From positions 16,616,001 to 16,680,000 of the forward strand of contig CM097886.1 of assembly GCA_044892525.1 (NCBI GenBank): 64,000 nucleotides of DNA. Reading direction: 5' to 3'. The translations under genes and the position numbers were made by a program. Shown here in pieces: positions 10,629 through 25,769 of this stretch (position 1 is its first letter; the number at the start of each line of letters is the position of its first letter). The notes beneath the pieces are model-generated. The model was not told the origin of the DNA. It did not search any database and saw only the letters and a list, made by a program, of their open reading frames with translations. The stretch is from Schmidtea polychroa (Eukaryota).

Positions 10629-13600
10629 ATGTCTTGTTTTTATCATGTAACTTCTCAAAAAGCAACTGGAGTTTCTCATTCGTTTACATGTATTACATAT
10701 ATGTATTAGTTTATTTTAAATTAAACTTTAGGTAATTTTACTGGCCCTAACGATTTGAATCTGATCGTGGGAAAATTTTTTTATTTTGAAATATATTTGG
10801 TTACATCAGAGGGATTACGATTGATGAGAGAACTTCCAATCAATGGCCGAATTTCAGCAGCAGTTAATTTTAAGCGAAATGTAATAAATATGATTTAGTT
10901 ATTGATACTAATTATTTATATATCTAGGGTAGGAATCTTGATTCGATTGTTGTCGTAACGGAAAAAGCGGACGCAGCAATTATCGATTGCATTCGCGAAG
11001 ACGAGAGATTAGATTTTATCACATATGCTAGTGGGAATATTGGAGATAACTCATCGATTTTATCGGATTTGAGACATGAAATAATAATTGATCCTACTAA
11101 TCAAATTATATTATTTAAATTTTTCGATGGAGTATTCAAGGCGATATTAATGAAAGATTTGAGAACACTAGATCCAAAAGACTGTGAAACGAGTCAAGCT
11201 TTGAATGTTGTTGCATTTAGAGTGGAAGATGGGAATATATTAGGGATTTTTAGTCTACACGGATCTGAGGATTATGCAACTATTGGATTGTTTGTTGAAG
11301 TTAGTTTTCGATTGCAAATTAGTGTTTTTAGCGGGTAGATTTTTTTGAATAGGATAATAAAATGTTGAATATGAAATCGTTTAAAATGTCATTTAATCAA
11401 GTTGATGTAACTCCAGATGAATGGAAAATTGACGCATTGCCACCAGATACGCAGTTCATAATCCCCGTAGAGCCACCATATTGCGGGATTTTGATCGTTG
11501 GCAACAAGAGCGTGATTTATCACAACCGAATAGGCACACAAATCCCAGCGGAAATACCGATTCATAAGGTAGTTATTGAAGGACTGCGTTTATAGTTATT
11601 AATTGGTATATTTGACAGTCGAGTACAGTTGTGTGCTATGAGAAAATAGATGTACACAAATATCTGCTCGGTGATATGATGGGTAGACTCTACATGGTAA
11701 TTCTGTTCCACGAAGGACCCGGAACGTCCAGTACGACAGTTATTCCAAACTGCCTTAAGGTATCATATCTTGGTGAGGTATGCATCCCGGAAAATATGAC
11801 CTATCTCGATAATGGTGTCGTGTTCATCGGGTCGACGCTTGGCGATTCCCAGCTAATACGCTTGACATGCAATCCATCTGACAATGACGCAACGACAGGA
11901 GCGGCCGTGTCTATCCAGGTGCTCGAACGGTACATGAATGTCGGCCCTATCATCGATATCGACTTGCAAGAAGTCAATGGGCAAAATCAATTGCTGATGT
12001 GCTCGGGCGCATATCGCGAAGGCTGTGTCAAAATTGTCAGGAACGGAATCGGGATCCAGGAGTTGCTAATCATCGATCAACCGAATATCAAGAATGTTTG
12101 GTCGCTTAAATTCCGGAATGGATGTGCCGTTGACAATTTGCTTGGCTTTTCTTGGCCCGGTCGATCCGAGTGAGACAATAATAATTATAAATTATAATTA
12201 AAATAGTAATTAATGGAAATAAAAACAATAAAAAATAAAATAATAATAAGTTATAATTATAACAAATAAAAATAAGACAAGAATATACAAGCAACCATCG
12301 AATTACAATATTAATTGGTTCTTTGTTATTCACAATTATGTTATACAAGACTTGGAATTTTTTAAATAAATTAAATATTTACAAACTATATATCAAAATT
12401 ATTTAACCATTGTTAGGAAAAAGGGAAAGGAAGTTTTATTAAAAGAATTGGGTACCGAGTTATTCGAGGGCTGTCTGTATTATTAAAAAAATATTGCAGT
12501 AACATACCATTTAATATAAATTAGCAATATGTTCATATTTCTAATGACGATATATTTATTGGTAAATCCATTTCACCAACCCCCCCCCCCCTTCCCACCC
12601 ACACATATTTTCTAATTTTTAATTCTAATCAACATTCCTTATAATATCCTTTTATCATTCTCCTTTGTTATAATGGCTCCTTTTCAGTTATATTCATTGT
12701 TGTCTTTAGCATGCATGTATTTTATTACCATATTCACCAGTGCTTCATTTTTGAAGATATTCTGGTGTTCATTATTTTTTGTCTTTCCTCTTTATGCATT
12801 CCAGTATATTCATTCAGATTCATATTATCATTCCCTGTCAACTTTCATTCTCTAAATATCTTTCTCCCATACATAATTTCAGTCGGTGTAATTGGCATAT
12901 TAAAATTTAAATTCTCATTTTTTTATTAATTATAATTATTATTATTTATTTTTATTATTATTATATCTGAAAAATAATATTTATTGTGATAAATTTGATT
13001 TGTGGATGAATCAGCCAATTATATTGTTTTTTTGTCAATGATATTTTTTCTTATGCTTAAACTACCAAAATTCCATTTGAATTTTTTATTGCATTTATTT
13101 ATTTAGTCAATCGTTGAACATAATTTTCTGTTGCATATCGATTATTACAATATATTCAGCAAAGGCTCTTATTTAATTTCCATTTTCGAATGATCAAAAT
13201 TATTTCACCAAAATCGCTTAGTCACACTGATAAATGTTTCATTAACATTTAGAACGTTCACTCTCGAAGGTGATGATTTACGACAGGAGATTTGCCTGGG
13301 ATTTGAACTGTATGCGTCGACTGTTCACCTGTCAGTCGTCGGTAATGATGACCATATGCTGCAGGTTACCGATAAAGAATTGCGCCTGATCCCGATGGTT
13401 CGTGATAACGGGGATAACGAAAATATAAATGTCTGGAGGCCACCTTCTTCATTAGGGATTTCGCGCGCTACAACGAATGGTAAGCAAATTGTGGTTGGAA
13501 GCGGCTGCGATTTGTTCTACCTGGTCGTTCTTGGTCATTCTTTATCTCTCGTCAAGTAATTATCCCGATTCTTTTTCTACCTCATACATTATTGCAGCAC

Positions 13601-16600
13601 TTGCAAACTGACCAATGAGATTTCCTGCTTGGATATGTCTCCATTTCAATGGAACTGTCCCGGTCATGATGACCCTGCCCAATCGGAAATTGTTGCAGTG
13701 ACATTCTGGATCAAGAAATCCGTTTGTTTAGTCGATCTTAAAACGATGAAAGTTGTTGCTACGGCACCGTTGACAACACCCGGTATTCTACCGCGTTCCG
13801 TTTTAATTGTCCAATTCAATCGAAATGCTGCCCCATATTTGATGATCGGCATGGACAATGGGAATTTGATTTATTTTCAAATGGATATCTCTGCTCTCGT
13901 GCAAAACAATTCATCCGGTAACCTTTGCTATTTCTTTTGAATGCCGAGATTATTTATTGATTTTATACAATTTTACTCTAAAGAAACAATTCATTACATT
14001 TGGGGTTTTAATTTACTGAGATAAGATGAAGATCAATCGATCCTCTAATTTGGCAGCCCTGGGTAAAATATTTGGTGTAATACCGAATAAAATATTTCTA
14101 AATTACGCCCAACGATTTTTCCCAACTGGAATAGTGGTGCTTATTCTAAAACTGTGCTGATTAATTAAAATAATCTCATGTGATGCATGGATGTTTTAAC
14201 CGTTTGCGGACCGAATTAATATCGTATAAGCCATTTAAGGCCAGCACTGCTCTGGCCTACCGTCCGCAAACGGTTAAAACATGATTTCGATCATATATGA
14301 AATCAAATTAATTTCTTTTTCCATTTAAATTTGTAATAAACAATTCAAAAATTGATATCCGAAAGATTTAAACTTATTTCCCGTTCGGAATGATGATTAA
14401 ATTCCTTCGGGAATGATTGACCAATCTGCTGAATTTTCAATATGATTGGAGGATTTTAATTTAATTAAAAATGGGTTGATGAGAAACTGCTGATATGTTA
14501 TTGAATCTAGAACCATTGACATGAGACAAATTAGGCGATATTTATTTACGAAAACTTTAAGAATTTTGACGTTCATGCCTCCTCATAAAGGTTAATTTAC
14601 AATACCATTAGTTATTGGATAATACCGATTATTTTTCGATAATACTGACTCCGATAGTAAGTCAAAGAATGTAAGATAATAAAAATAAATACAATGAATC
14701 ATATATTCAATAACTTTGACTTGAGATCATATTTTTGAAGTAAAGCAGCAAAAAGTAAAGTTTATCCCAAACAAGTTATAGAGGGAAAACAATATTGGAA
14801 CATTGAATTATGAAGAGGCTGCTGATTCGTGTTGTCCTTTAGGAAAGAAATTGATACAATATTTCCATAGGAATTTTAACTGAGCAACGACGCGTGACCA
14901 TCGGTACTGGTCCGTTTATGAATCTATCTCTTTGGAATTCCCTCGGTCAGTCGCACGAGAGATGCGTATTTGTATGCTCGAACCACCCGAGCATTATTCA
15001 TTACAGCGATGGCCGGCTACTTTTCTCTAGCATTAACCTGAAAAATGAAGTCTTATCAATGTGTCCTTTGAACAGTTCAACTTATAAAAACTGGTAAAAA
15101 TTTCTGTAAAAAACCTTTCAAAGAAAATAAATACTCGCTTCTTCAGCCTCGTTCTTGTCAGTGAATCGAATATTATCTTCGGTTCAATCGATAAAATCCA
15201 AAAACTTCACGTGCGTAGTGTACCTCTCAATGAGAGTCCAAGGCGCATGACTATTCAAAAGGAAACCGATTCCATAGGTCTGATAACAATGAGGTGTGAT
15301 ACCTATCACGACAACGTGTTTCGTCCTATGCGCGCGTCAGTATCGACAAATGCGAGATTGACGAAATCTTCAAGCGGTGCCCCGGAATTGATGAAAAGTT
15401 AGTATTAGAATGATTTCGTATTTCGTTTCATTATTATTATTATTATTATTATTGTTTTACGATATATTTTGACAGTATTCCTGTCATCATCAGGTAGGAT
15501 AGAATAACTATAGAAATTATAGATTTTTGAACAAATTTATTAATTATATCATTTTTTAATAAAAAATATTTTTTTTAAATTAGAAAAATTATAATTATTT
15601 TTTTATTATTATTAATATTTATTATAGTATTATTATTGATTAATTTTATTTATTAGTTATATATATTATTTTTTTTAATATTTTTATTTTCATTATTTAT
15701 TATTAATTTTAATAAATATTGTATATTTTGTTATTTATCAATATAAAATTAATATTATAATTTTTACTTTTTAGTATTTTTTATTTATAAATATTATTTT
15801 ATTATTATTTTTCCTTTAATTTTTTAAAATTTTAATAGTTATTTCTATTATAAATATTTGACTCCTTTTCTACAATAATTACTCCCTTGGTCTCCAACAA
15901 ATTATAAACACAATTTCAAAAATTTTCGGATACAGGTTTAATGAAATTTTCCGTCTCTAGAAATACTCATATAATCATTTAATTAATTTTTTAGTCCACT
16001 AAATATAGTCTTTATTTCTTGTTTTTACTCTTCCAAAGACGTGTGAAATCAGGGATATATATAAAGATAATTAAACTGTCTAACAAATAATAATAATCAC
16101 AGATTATCTTATTATTATTTTTATTTATTAGTATATGTATCAGTTTAATAATCATGATTTAGAAAAGAATATTTAAATATACAATTAATATAATGTTAAA
16201 TTTTGATTCGATTTATTTAATATTTAATCGATTCCTTAATTATTATTAGATTTAGAAACTCATAGATAAGGAAATTTGCAAAATTATCAATCATATATAT
16301 ATAAGTATATCAACATTTTTCCTTTTTGAATGTCACCCATTGATAGTTCTTGCATCGTCATTTTATCCAAAGGTTTTTTAAACCAGTTTTAATTCTTCAT
16401 AGTTGCGAAAAACTTGTGTCTACTAAAACTTGAATTTCAATTTATTCAATTAACAAATTATTTCTGATATTTTTCTTCTTAAAACATAATGCATTTCCTA
16501 GGAACATTAATTAGAAAAATGCGAGACATCGAATCGTCTCATTTAATCATCATGAATCAAACATTTATGGAACCTGTTCATTGTCATTCTTTCTATTGTT

Positions 16601-17928
16601 CCGAAGACGTGGTGGAACAGGCGATATCTATAACGACAATGAAACTGCCAATATCAATTATAAACCATGAAATCGTCCCCGATAGCCGAAATGTGACAAA
16701 TTTCTCTCTGAAACTCGAACCCCAAGACGATCCGATGTGTGGTGGTTCCAGTAACGCCGGGGAGGTAAAGCTGACCCCTGTGTACATTGTTGGAACCGCC
16801 TATGTTGTTGACGAAGAGCAAGAACCCACCCAAGGATGCCTGTATGTATTTCATTATAACGAGCGAACTGGAGAGTTCACAGTCGTGCGAACATTCAAAA
16901 CGACCGGAGTTGCTTATGACATGCAAGAATTCGATGGAAAACTTCTATCAACATTCAACAGCTCTGTTCAATTGTTGGATCTCACGAAAGATGATCTCCA
17001 CATCATATGCCGCTATGACGACAACATCATCGCTCTGTATCTCAAACGGAAGGATGATTTCATTTTGATTGGAGATCTGATGAGATCGGTTACATTGCTT
17101 AGATACAAACCGAATGTCGCGCATTTCGAAGTGGTAAGGCTAATATATTATCAATATCCATTTAGAATAGATGATATATTGTTTCAAATTCCTAGATCGC
17201 CCAGCACAGAGCACCCCATTGGACAACTGCAATCGAGATTATTGACGATGACAAATTTCTTGTGGCTGAAAATGAAATGAATATTTTCATTGTGAGTCGC
17301 GATTTTGATTTAACGCCAACCGGGGAAGGTGTAAGAAATGATTTGTCAAATATGAAGGAGGAACGATTTCGAATGTCTGAATATGCGTCAATTCATGTCG
17401 GACAGGTGATCAATAAATTCATGGCAGGTAATCACGGAAATTGGTATCAATAATCATTTTGATCGTTGCTTAGGTAACATTCTCATGCAACCGTTGCTCG
17501 ATGAGTACCGAATCAAGCTGAAAAATTCTATTCTTTATGGATCGACCACCGGCACGATTGGACAAGTGTTTGAGATTAACCAAACTCTTTATACATTTCT
17601 AAAATCTGTGGAAAGCCAAATGCAAAACATTCTCGTTCCGATCGGCAATTTTCAGCACGAAACTTGGAGGAGTTACGTGAAAATCAGACAGTGTCGGGTT
17701 GCCGAGCGATTTATTGATGGGGATTTGGTAGAGAATTTCCAAAATTTAGATATGAAAGATAAAATGAAAATAGTTCAAGATATACGCATTCCGGTAGTTG
17801 ATTAATTAGGATTTTTTATTAAATTTTTTGTTATTTAGGTCGATTTTTCTAATGAGGTTGTTGGTTTCAAGGAATGTAGTGTAGAGGATTTAACAAGAAT
17901 TATCGAAGAGTTATCACGTTTTCATTAA
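10629..17928 (+). CDS. DDB1: DNA damage-binding protein 1 (CUL4 adaptor), 13 exons
   Basis: Exons 10629-10689, 10732-10880, 10928-11299, 11353-11568, 11619-12169, 13253-13555, 13598-13917, 14871-15093, 15147-15397, 16502-17133, 17196-17427, 17474-17793 and 17839-17928 splice in frame with GT-AG introns. Motifs MSCFYHVTSQK, YLLGDMMGRL, YLDNGVVFIGSTLGDSQL, IQKLHVRSVPLNESPR, DFILIGDLMRS, FIDGDLVE and EELSRFH* match DDB1. Confidence 0.95.
14200..14273. mobile_element. 74-bp piggyBac-like miniature element in a DDB1 intron
   Basis: Perfect 12-bp TIR ccgtttgcggac/gtccgcaaacgg with TTAA on both flanks. Confidence 0.6.
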
Positions 17929-18109
17929 TTTGTTCTTGAAATAAATTTGATATTAAATCTTTGTATTAATTTTAATTTTGAGAATAAATAAAATAACTTA
18001 AAATAAGATTTTAAGTTATTTAATATGTTAAAAAAGATTTGATGAAATTAAAAAAATAATAATTTTAAAAATAATATACTTGTTTTAAATATGGATAATT
18101 TTAAATTAA

Positions 18110-21100
18110 ATGAATATAATTGACGAAGATATTGCTTTAACGGAAATTGCTGTTAGAAATTGCAATCTACATTTCAATGATTCATTTAAATTTTAGGTCT
18201 TACGAACCCAGTATGCTAATGAGAAAAATAGTGGTCACATTAGCCAGAAAACACAATTTACATATGCTTTTAATCTATGTAGATCGAAGGATCCAGCTTG
18301 TTTACAATTAGCTCTCACATTATTGGAAGGTTCATTTAAAGATGTTTATAGAATCTAAATTGTTCTTAGATTTAAGAAGTAAGACCTGGGAAAAGGATGC
18401 AATTCGTGACTATGTCTATTTCACGACTATTGCATATCTAAAATTGAAAGTAAATTACTTTAATACACTTTTATTTGCTTGTTATTTAATTCTCTTAATA
18501 TTCAAGCTGCTAGTTTATAATTTTTTGAATTTCTCACATAATTTTTATGTTAATCGTGGTTTATCATTAATGAAAAAGTTTAGAATTCTATTTATTGAAA
18601 TATTTAAACTTAAATAATTTTAAATTTATGAATTTTATATTTTATACAATTTCAAAGTGATTTAATTCAATAAGAAATGCAAATAATGATAAATATTTTC
18701 ATTTGAATATATGACGAATGCGTTATGTAGTAATAACGCTACTATCCAATATCTGATTAAATTGTTGATTCAGTTATTTTTTGTAGTGAGTGACGCTCAG
18801 AATAAATCAGTAAATTTGGTTATTTATAATTTTATTTATATCATTTATCGACTGCACACGAAAGCCTCCATTATTATCAATATTATTATGACCGCTATTA
18901 TCAATAATTCAACTTTTATTGCTCAAAGCATTTAGATGTTATCAGGGGGTGCCAAATTAGTATAATATCTTGGATTGAAACCAAAAAATCTTTAGGTATG
19001 TAGCAAATGATGATAGAATTTTGAAAGGGGTACGATAGCTAGCTTTTACTGGGATATATAGAAATGTGATCGTGATTTGCATCTCAGAGATTGATTAATG
19101 TTCTCGCATTTTTAATACTTGTAGATTTACAATGCGTGGCAGAGCTGAACAGTAAGATTCATACTAAAAGAAGCATTATCTTTTGTTGTTTGTTTAAAGT
19201 GACCGATATAACATTGAAGTGTCGAATTGGGGGTCGTGGTAAAGTAAATTACAAATCATTGACTTTAAAATCAAATGGCCCAATCGAGAATTTTCTTGAC
19301 AAATATTTTCGAAACAGAATTATTTAAACCACCTTTTACATAATCATTTACAATATCTCTTAATGTAGCGTACAAATTTTCCTATGTAGCATATAATTCT
19401 AAGAAATTCGTATCCACTGTTATTACGAGCAATAAACAGCGCAACCCATTGATTAACGATTTCCTACATTGTTTATGCCAATTCATAAACTTTGTAGTTA
19501 AGGGAGCATCCATTAAGAACTTCTTTAAAAAATAACCAATGTTTGGCCACCCTCTATCCGTTTTCAGGAGACCCCCCCCACATGGACATCCCTTATTGTC
19601 AGAATAAAGTATAACATTGAATTTGCTTGTAATTATTGTTTAGATTATAATTTAATAAAAATAGCCAGAAATTAAAGAACTCTAATAAGAGAAGTGAGAA
19701 AATAGTATTTAAATAAGATGGGACGTAGGATACTAAATAAATCTCTGACTGAAAATATAATAAAAAATTAAAAATAGAATCTATGGTTAATTAGATTTTC
19801 TTGTAAATGACAAGTTATATAATAGTCTGAAATTTTATATGTGGTTTTAAATGAAAGTGTAAGTTGTAACAAAGGGTGCTGTTTGGGTTGTTGTAAGAAC
19901 TTGGACTCCCATACTTATTGTCAACTTTGTGAATATCCCCTTAGGGGACTTCGTTAATGAATGCTCCTTAACCTGATATTATCTTTATCCTCATAGCTAC
20001 AGTTTCCTCTATTTTGTAATTTTCTTCATTTAGATTATTCCAGTGCTCTATTAAATTCTCCTTACGTATTTATAACTTCCTGGCTTTTCTACTCGGTTTA
20101 TCCATGATTTGGTTTCTTGTATGTAATATTTTCATATTCATTTATATTTCAACAAAAACCACTGGGGAGAAAATATCGAAACAAATCAAAATGTAAAACG
20201 TGTTTCGTTTGCATTTCTGAGCCATCGACAATGTATAATTCTTTGTCTTATTTCCTTCATTGACCTTGTCAACTTCATTGTCGACCGATCAATTAAAGAC
20301 ACATGGTTTAAAATAGATAAAAAAATAATTAATATATATAAATTATAAACTTGATTTTAGCTTTCTTTTTCTGAAAACGAATCAGAAATTACATATAGCA
20401 ATTGCTAGCACGAAACTTCAAATTTTTCTATAACGGAGTTTTGAATATTTCCGTTGACTGAGTTATTGTTCAAAGGAAGTTTTGATTTCCTATCTCTTCA
20501 TAATAGAACTGTAGCTAATAAATCCAGGACATCTACAACATAGTTTTGCTATAATAATAAATCTAGCCCTGAATACTGTTAATCTATGGGAAAGCTGTAA
20601 ACTAATCTACATGTGGGTAACAAAATGGTTTCCCGGATCAATTTCCAGTTAAAAATGATAAATAAACACTGCTAAAAATAAAAATCCGTCTTTTCGATAT
20701 CAATTTCATGTCTGCTCAATCTTGATACAACCGCAGCATTTTAGAATTTCATAATTTGCTTAAACAATTCTCATTTCAATTTCCGATTACCGTTTCCGTT
20801 GATTTGTAGAAAATAGGAAATTTATTATCGAGAGGTTTATTTCTTTCGTGTTTCTGACTGGCCCAATGCCAACTGGAATTTGGAATTAGATCAATATTTC
20901 CATTTCTTACGCATTTCAGCAGGAGATTGTGAAATTGGCTCCACAAACACTTTTAAATGAATTCCGTAGTATTTATTATTATTATTATTAATAATATGTT
21001 TTATTTATTTGTTATTATTACAATGTTATTAATATTATTTAATAATATTAAATCGTGTCATTAGTCAATGGAAATGTGCAAATTTGAGAATTTATTGTTG

Positions 21101-23606
21101 TGCCTTGTAATCTCATGTGAACAAATCATTTCCACTCAGAACAGGATTTGGACAAGATTTCCTCGGTTTATTAATTTCTTAGTTGTTTGACACGCGACTT
21201 GTCAATTTGTTCGTGACATATTGTTAATTGCACCAGATAAAATTGATTCCCTTTTCATTCTTCGGCTTTTTAGTTTTTTCCCTTAGTTTAATTTTCGTTA
21301 ATCTTTATTTTTGAAATGTTTATAGATTTAGAGTAAAATAATTATGAGAGTTTTCGTTTTCTGCTCACTAATAAAATGTTATTGATTTATTTTCGTAATC
21401 CGTGATGAAATGAATGAAATATGCTAAATCTGCTAAGTGATATGAGATAGTCACATGTAAGAATATTTTGTCTTGTCCGACAATAGGAGAAAAAATTATT
21501 CATTTTTCAGCAAAAATCTTTTGGAAATTCAGAGCTTGGAACTCGTATGTCATTTATATGTGTCAAGTGCGAGTATTTCTCTTTCTATCTTTTAATTTAT
21601 TATCAAAGTATTTTTTCATCATATTCTTTCACTAACTCCTCTCTTTTTCATTAAGATTGAAATCTATGTCGTAAGAACCCTAATTACTAATTTTTATACA
21701 AATTGTTAGTATTTTTTATTTATGATTTTAAAATTCACGAAAACTAATAATAAATACTAATGAATTTATCATTAATTTCTTATTTTTACAATACAAGATA
21801 AATCAAGGTTCATTTTTTTGCTACTGCTGTTTATTATAATTTCTTACTAAGTCCCAAGATTCCGTGGAATGGCAGTTAAGAACAATATTTTTAGAGGATC
21901 TAGAAAATTGAACTTCAATAATAATGATATGTATATATAGCACAATTGACATGAATAATAGATTAACAGAGTTGAAGTATAAATAATATTTTATCGCGGG
22001 GAAATTAAGTGAAGATTTATCTAGTAAAAAGATGCAATGAGAGTAGTGTGTGACACAAAGCCAAAACCTGCGCCATTGAGCATAATGATCCGTTAATAAT
22101 TACTATAGTGGGCAGTCACGTCGTGAAGTTAATTGGATAACGAGTTAATTCGGATCATGTTCTCAGTAATTGCGTACCTCATCATCTAATTAGTATTCGT
22201 CGACACGAGCAACAATTCTAATTTTCCTTCAACTCCTTTACAAACATTGTTTTCCGTATATATTGTCATTTATTTACGGTAAATTTAATTAATTGCCTTC
22301 CGTTTATTTTATATGTTTCGGTAATTTATTAGATAATGCGATGTTTAATGAATAGTAATTAGTCCAATTTATTTGTTCACATCAAGATTCCTCATAGTGA
22401 TTTCTCAATCTTAATGCGGTTTTTTCTTTTTTGACGAATCTTTCTCTTTAGAAATATGACGATGCCCTTGAATTTGTCGATATCTTATTGAATCGAGAAC
22501 CGAGGAATCACCAAATTATCGAATTGCGAGAACGAATTAAAAAAGATCAAATTAGAGGTAAGTATAAAAGTCTTTTTCATTAATTTAATAATAATTATTA
22601 TTATTATAAACTTTAAAATAACTTGTCAATAGCAGTATTATTTCTAAATATATAATTCAACTAAATAAACAGATAAGCCATTTCTGCAGTGAGAAAACCA
22701 ATGAAAAAATAAGAAACCCAAAAGAAAATAATTGTTAAATTAAACAGGGCTTATTTTAGGTCGAGATATTTCATTTGGAAATGGCTTACCTAATAATAAA
22801 AATAGAAAATAATTCAAATTTTAGTAATTGGATTATAACTCAAAATCCGACTGTAGTTATTCTTTTGCCTCCTTCAATCAAACAACATTCTCCGCTAATA
22901 ACAGCTTTCCATTTCATTTTTACCTATATTGATCAAATGATTTACTTTCTGAAGAATTGTCTTTGATTTCTGATTCTATTCATGTACGCTTTCCAATAAA
23001 TCTTTTGCAAAATTTTCTATGTTAATTATGTATAATTTCAACAAATAAGGCAAGGATAATAATGTGAAAACTCAATATATAAAAATATATTAGACTTGCG
23101 AATAAAGACATGCTTCCTTTATTTGCTATCCTTTTTTAATTTACATGTCACTCTTTCAACGTTTTTACTTGTATTTTTAGATCAATGCAGTCGAATGACC
23201 TGAATGTAACAAAAATTCCATAATGCAAATCCTTTGTCGTATATATAATAAGAAATTTTTTCACTTTTCACCTCTGACTTCTTTTTAATTTACATTGTAT
23301 TTATTAGAAATACAAACAAATATTCAGGGACGTAGCTAGCATATCAAACCGACTACTGCTGTAGATACATTAGCAATATGTGATCCTATTTTTTTAAAAA
23401 TATTTATATTCTCACAATAATTGAAACTTTGCCGGTATCAGCTTGTACAGTAGAGCGTTCTTTTTCATCACCTATATACCTGAAGTCATATTTAAGAAAT
23501 ACTATGGATGAAAAAAATGTTAAACGGTTCGGCTTTGTTATATATTTGCTCGATGAATTACAATAATTAATAATTTTGCCCCCCTCCCCCATCTGAAATT
23601 CTGGCT

Positions 23607-23654
<48 letters not shown>

Positions 23655-25769
23655 ATGTTTGGTAGCTATCTTATGTATGTTGATATATATTTGTTGACAA
23701 ATTGTTGTTAATTTAATGTTATGTTAATTTGGTGAAGATTCTGAAGAACCCGAAAGAGTCACCGTTAAAACTTGTAGCGGGACAATCGGGGTGCGTGTTA
23801 TGTTTAAAAATATAGTAGTTGCAAATATTACAGATTTATAAATTTAACACAAAACAATAACAAAATATTAAATCTTTAAAACTTTATTACAACCAAAAAA
23901 TATAAATAGAACCTTCTGATATTTCTTGAAGTTTGTAGCAGAATATTGTAGTTGAATATTGTAGTTCCAAAATCGTATTTCATAAATCGTTGTTCAATTG
24001 TCGTTCAAAAAATTGTAGTTCATAAAACGTAGTTTCAAAAACCACACGATATTGATTTCTTTATAATAAGAAGTGATAAAAAGAATTTTAAAAGGAAAAA
24101 GTATAACAAAATCAATAAAATTAAGCAATGAAATATGACAAGGGTATTCTTAATTACAAGTACAATTTAAAAAAGAAAAAACAAATTTTGAAAAAAAATC
24201 ATAGTATCGTGGCAGCTTCTTCAAGATAACGGACAAATAATGAGAAAATACAGAAAATTAGAAGGAAGGCACTCAAATAAAATTGTATATCTCGACAGCT
24301 TTCAGAGATAATAGAAAAATTAGGAATGAATGACCAAAGGGAATTTACTGCAAATAGAAATCAAAGGCAATAATTATTTGTAAGTGCCACTGATAGCACA
24401 GTATAAAAGTGAAACACTCGAATCATTTAGTCATAAAATATATACTCTTCAAAACAAACAACATTCAATAGAAACATGGGTCTGAAAATGCTTATGGCTG
24501 ATGCCTATATCCCACAAAGTTTGATTAATACAAATACTATTATTAAACTACGGAAAATAGTTTGTTTGATTATTCGTAAAGTAATTTATTATTATTTATA
24601 TTATTATACGTTTTAGAATTATTAAAATTAAATGTTAGTGTTTTACAATTTATTTTATGTATGACAAATTGAATGGCAATGGTACTGAAAGAAGACGATT
24701 ATATAAAGAAGCTTTTTAAAATCACAGATATGTAAGCACGCGAATACTTTTAAGCTTAATTTAACTGACTTTGGTAGAACACGTGAATTTGAGGAAAGTA
24801 TTTTATAAATGTTTGAAGGGAAATCCTGAAACACAATGTCGAAGAATTGCTGTGAAGGAACATAACATTTTGCATCAAGATGGTTTGCATCCATACTATA
24901 TTCAAAGTGTTCAAGCATTTATGCCCTTTGATTATAAAGCAAGAGTTACCATCTGTCAATGGTTCATTAATTATTGTACTCCGATGAAGCATCTATCTTT
25001 AGAGACAGCATCAATAATTGCCACAGCAATCATGTTTGGACAAATGAGAATCATCACGCAGTTTTAAGATCGATGCACCAGTATTTCTTTTCTATCAATG
25101 TTAAAGTGGAATCTTAATGGGGCTTATATTTATATTTATATTACAGAACTTTATCTTCTTTTTCTCCTAAATGACTTGCCTAAACTTATGGAAGATATTC
25201 CTCTAATCCATTCTAAACATATATGATTCATGTATGATAGTGTCCCTGCTCATAAAAATCATGATAAAAGTGTTATGTCAACAATTTGCAAAAAACAATA
25301 TGCAAGTTAAAATCGTGCTTAAACAAAAATATTACATGCAATTCGTTATTTCCTTGTTTTATTGCCGTCGTTATATTTTCTTTGATATGGCGAATTTTTT
25401 TGGTATCATGCTCTCTTTGGAATTATAAAGTACTTTCCAAATGTTTCTAATGCAATTTGATTCTCAAATTTTAAATATTCGGCCAGTTTTCTTCGTCGTA
25501 TTTTCACTGTTTTAGTTTTGTTGTCTTCAAAAGTCTTTCGTTTTATTACTTTCAATATTTGGGGTTATTTCTTTTGTCACCATTTCATGAAAATTTTATG
25601 TGTACATCCTCAGAACGCCATAAAAATCGCCTTTCTACCAAAATTGAATGATCGCATTATTCTAGATGGCTTAGTTGGTGCGGCGGTTATTGGAGGGGCA
25701 GCCGCCACAGTTGGTCTTATTGGATTGGGTATTGCAGCCCTTGGTATAGCCCTTGTCAAGAGGAAATAA
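18110..25769 (+). CDS. FIS1: Mitochondrial fission 1 protein, 5 exons
   Basis: Exons 18110-18151, 18197-18329, 18370-18449, 22452-22557 and 25666-25769 splice in frame. Product has TQFTYAFNLCRS, RDYVYFTTIAYLKLKKYDDAL, EPRNHQIIEL and the C-terminal TM anchor DGLVGAAVIGG...VKRK*. Confidence 0.92.
23325..23608 (+). mobile_element. Degenerate hAT remnant in FIS1 intron
   Basis: Starts with cagggacgtagc and ends at ctggctac. Encodes TLPVSACTVERSFSS..LKSYLRNTM (hAT dimerisation domain). Confidence 0.6.
23607..23650. repeat. (CA)n(TA)n microsatellite
   Basis: Directly visible. Confidence 0.9.
24650..25260 (+). pseudogene. Degenerate Tc1/mariner-family (DUF4817-type) transposase remnant
   Basis: Fragments such as NPETQCRRIA...ILHQDGLHPYYIQSVQAFMPFDYKARVTICQW resemble this family; many stops and frameshifts. 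Confidence 0.55.

Noticed and set aside
20150-21300. Possible nested minus-strand gene in the FIS1 intron
   Set aside because: Coding-like patches could not be spliced into a consistent frame and no family was recognised.
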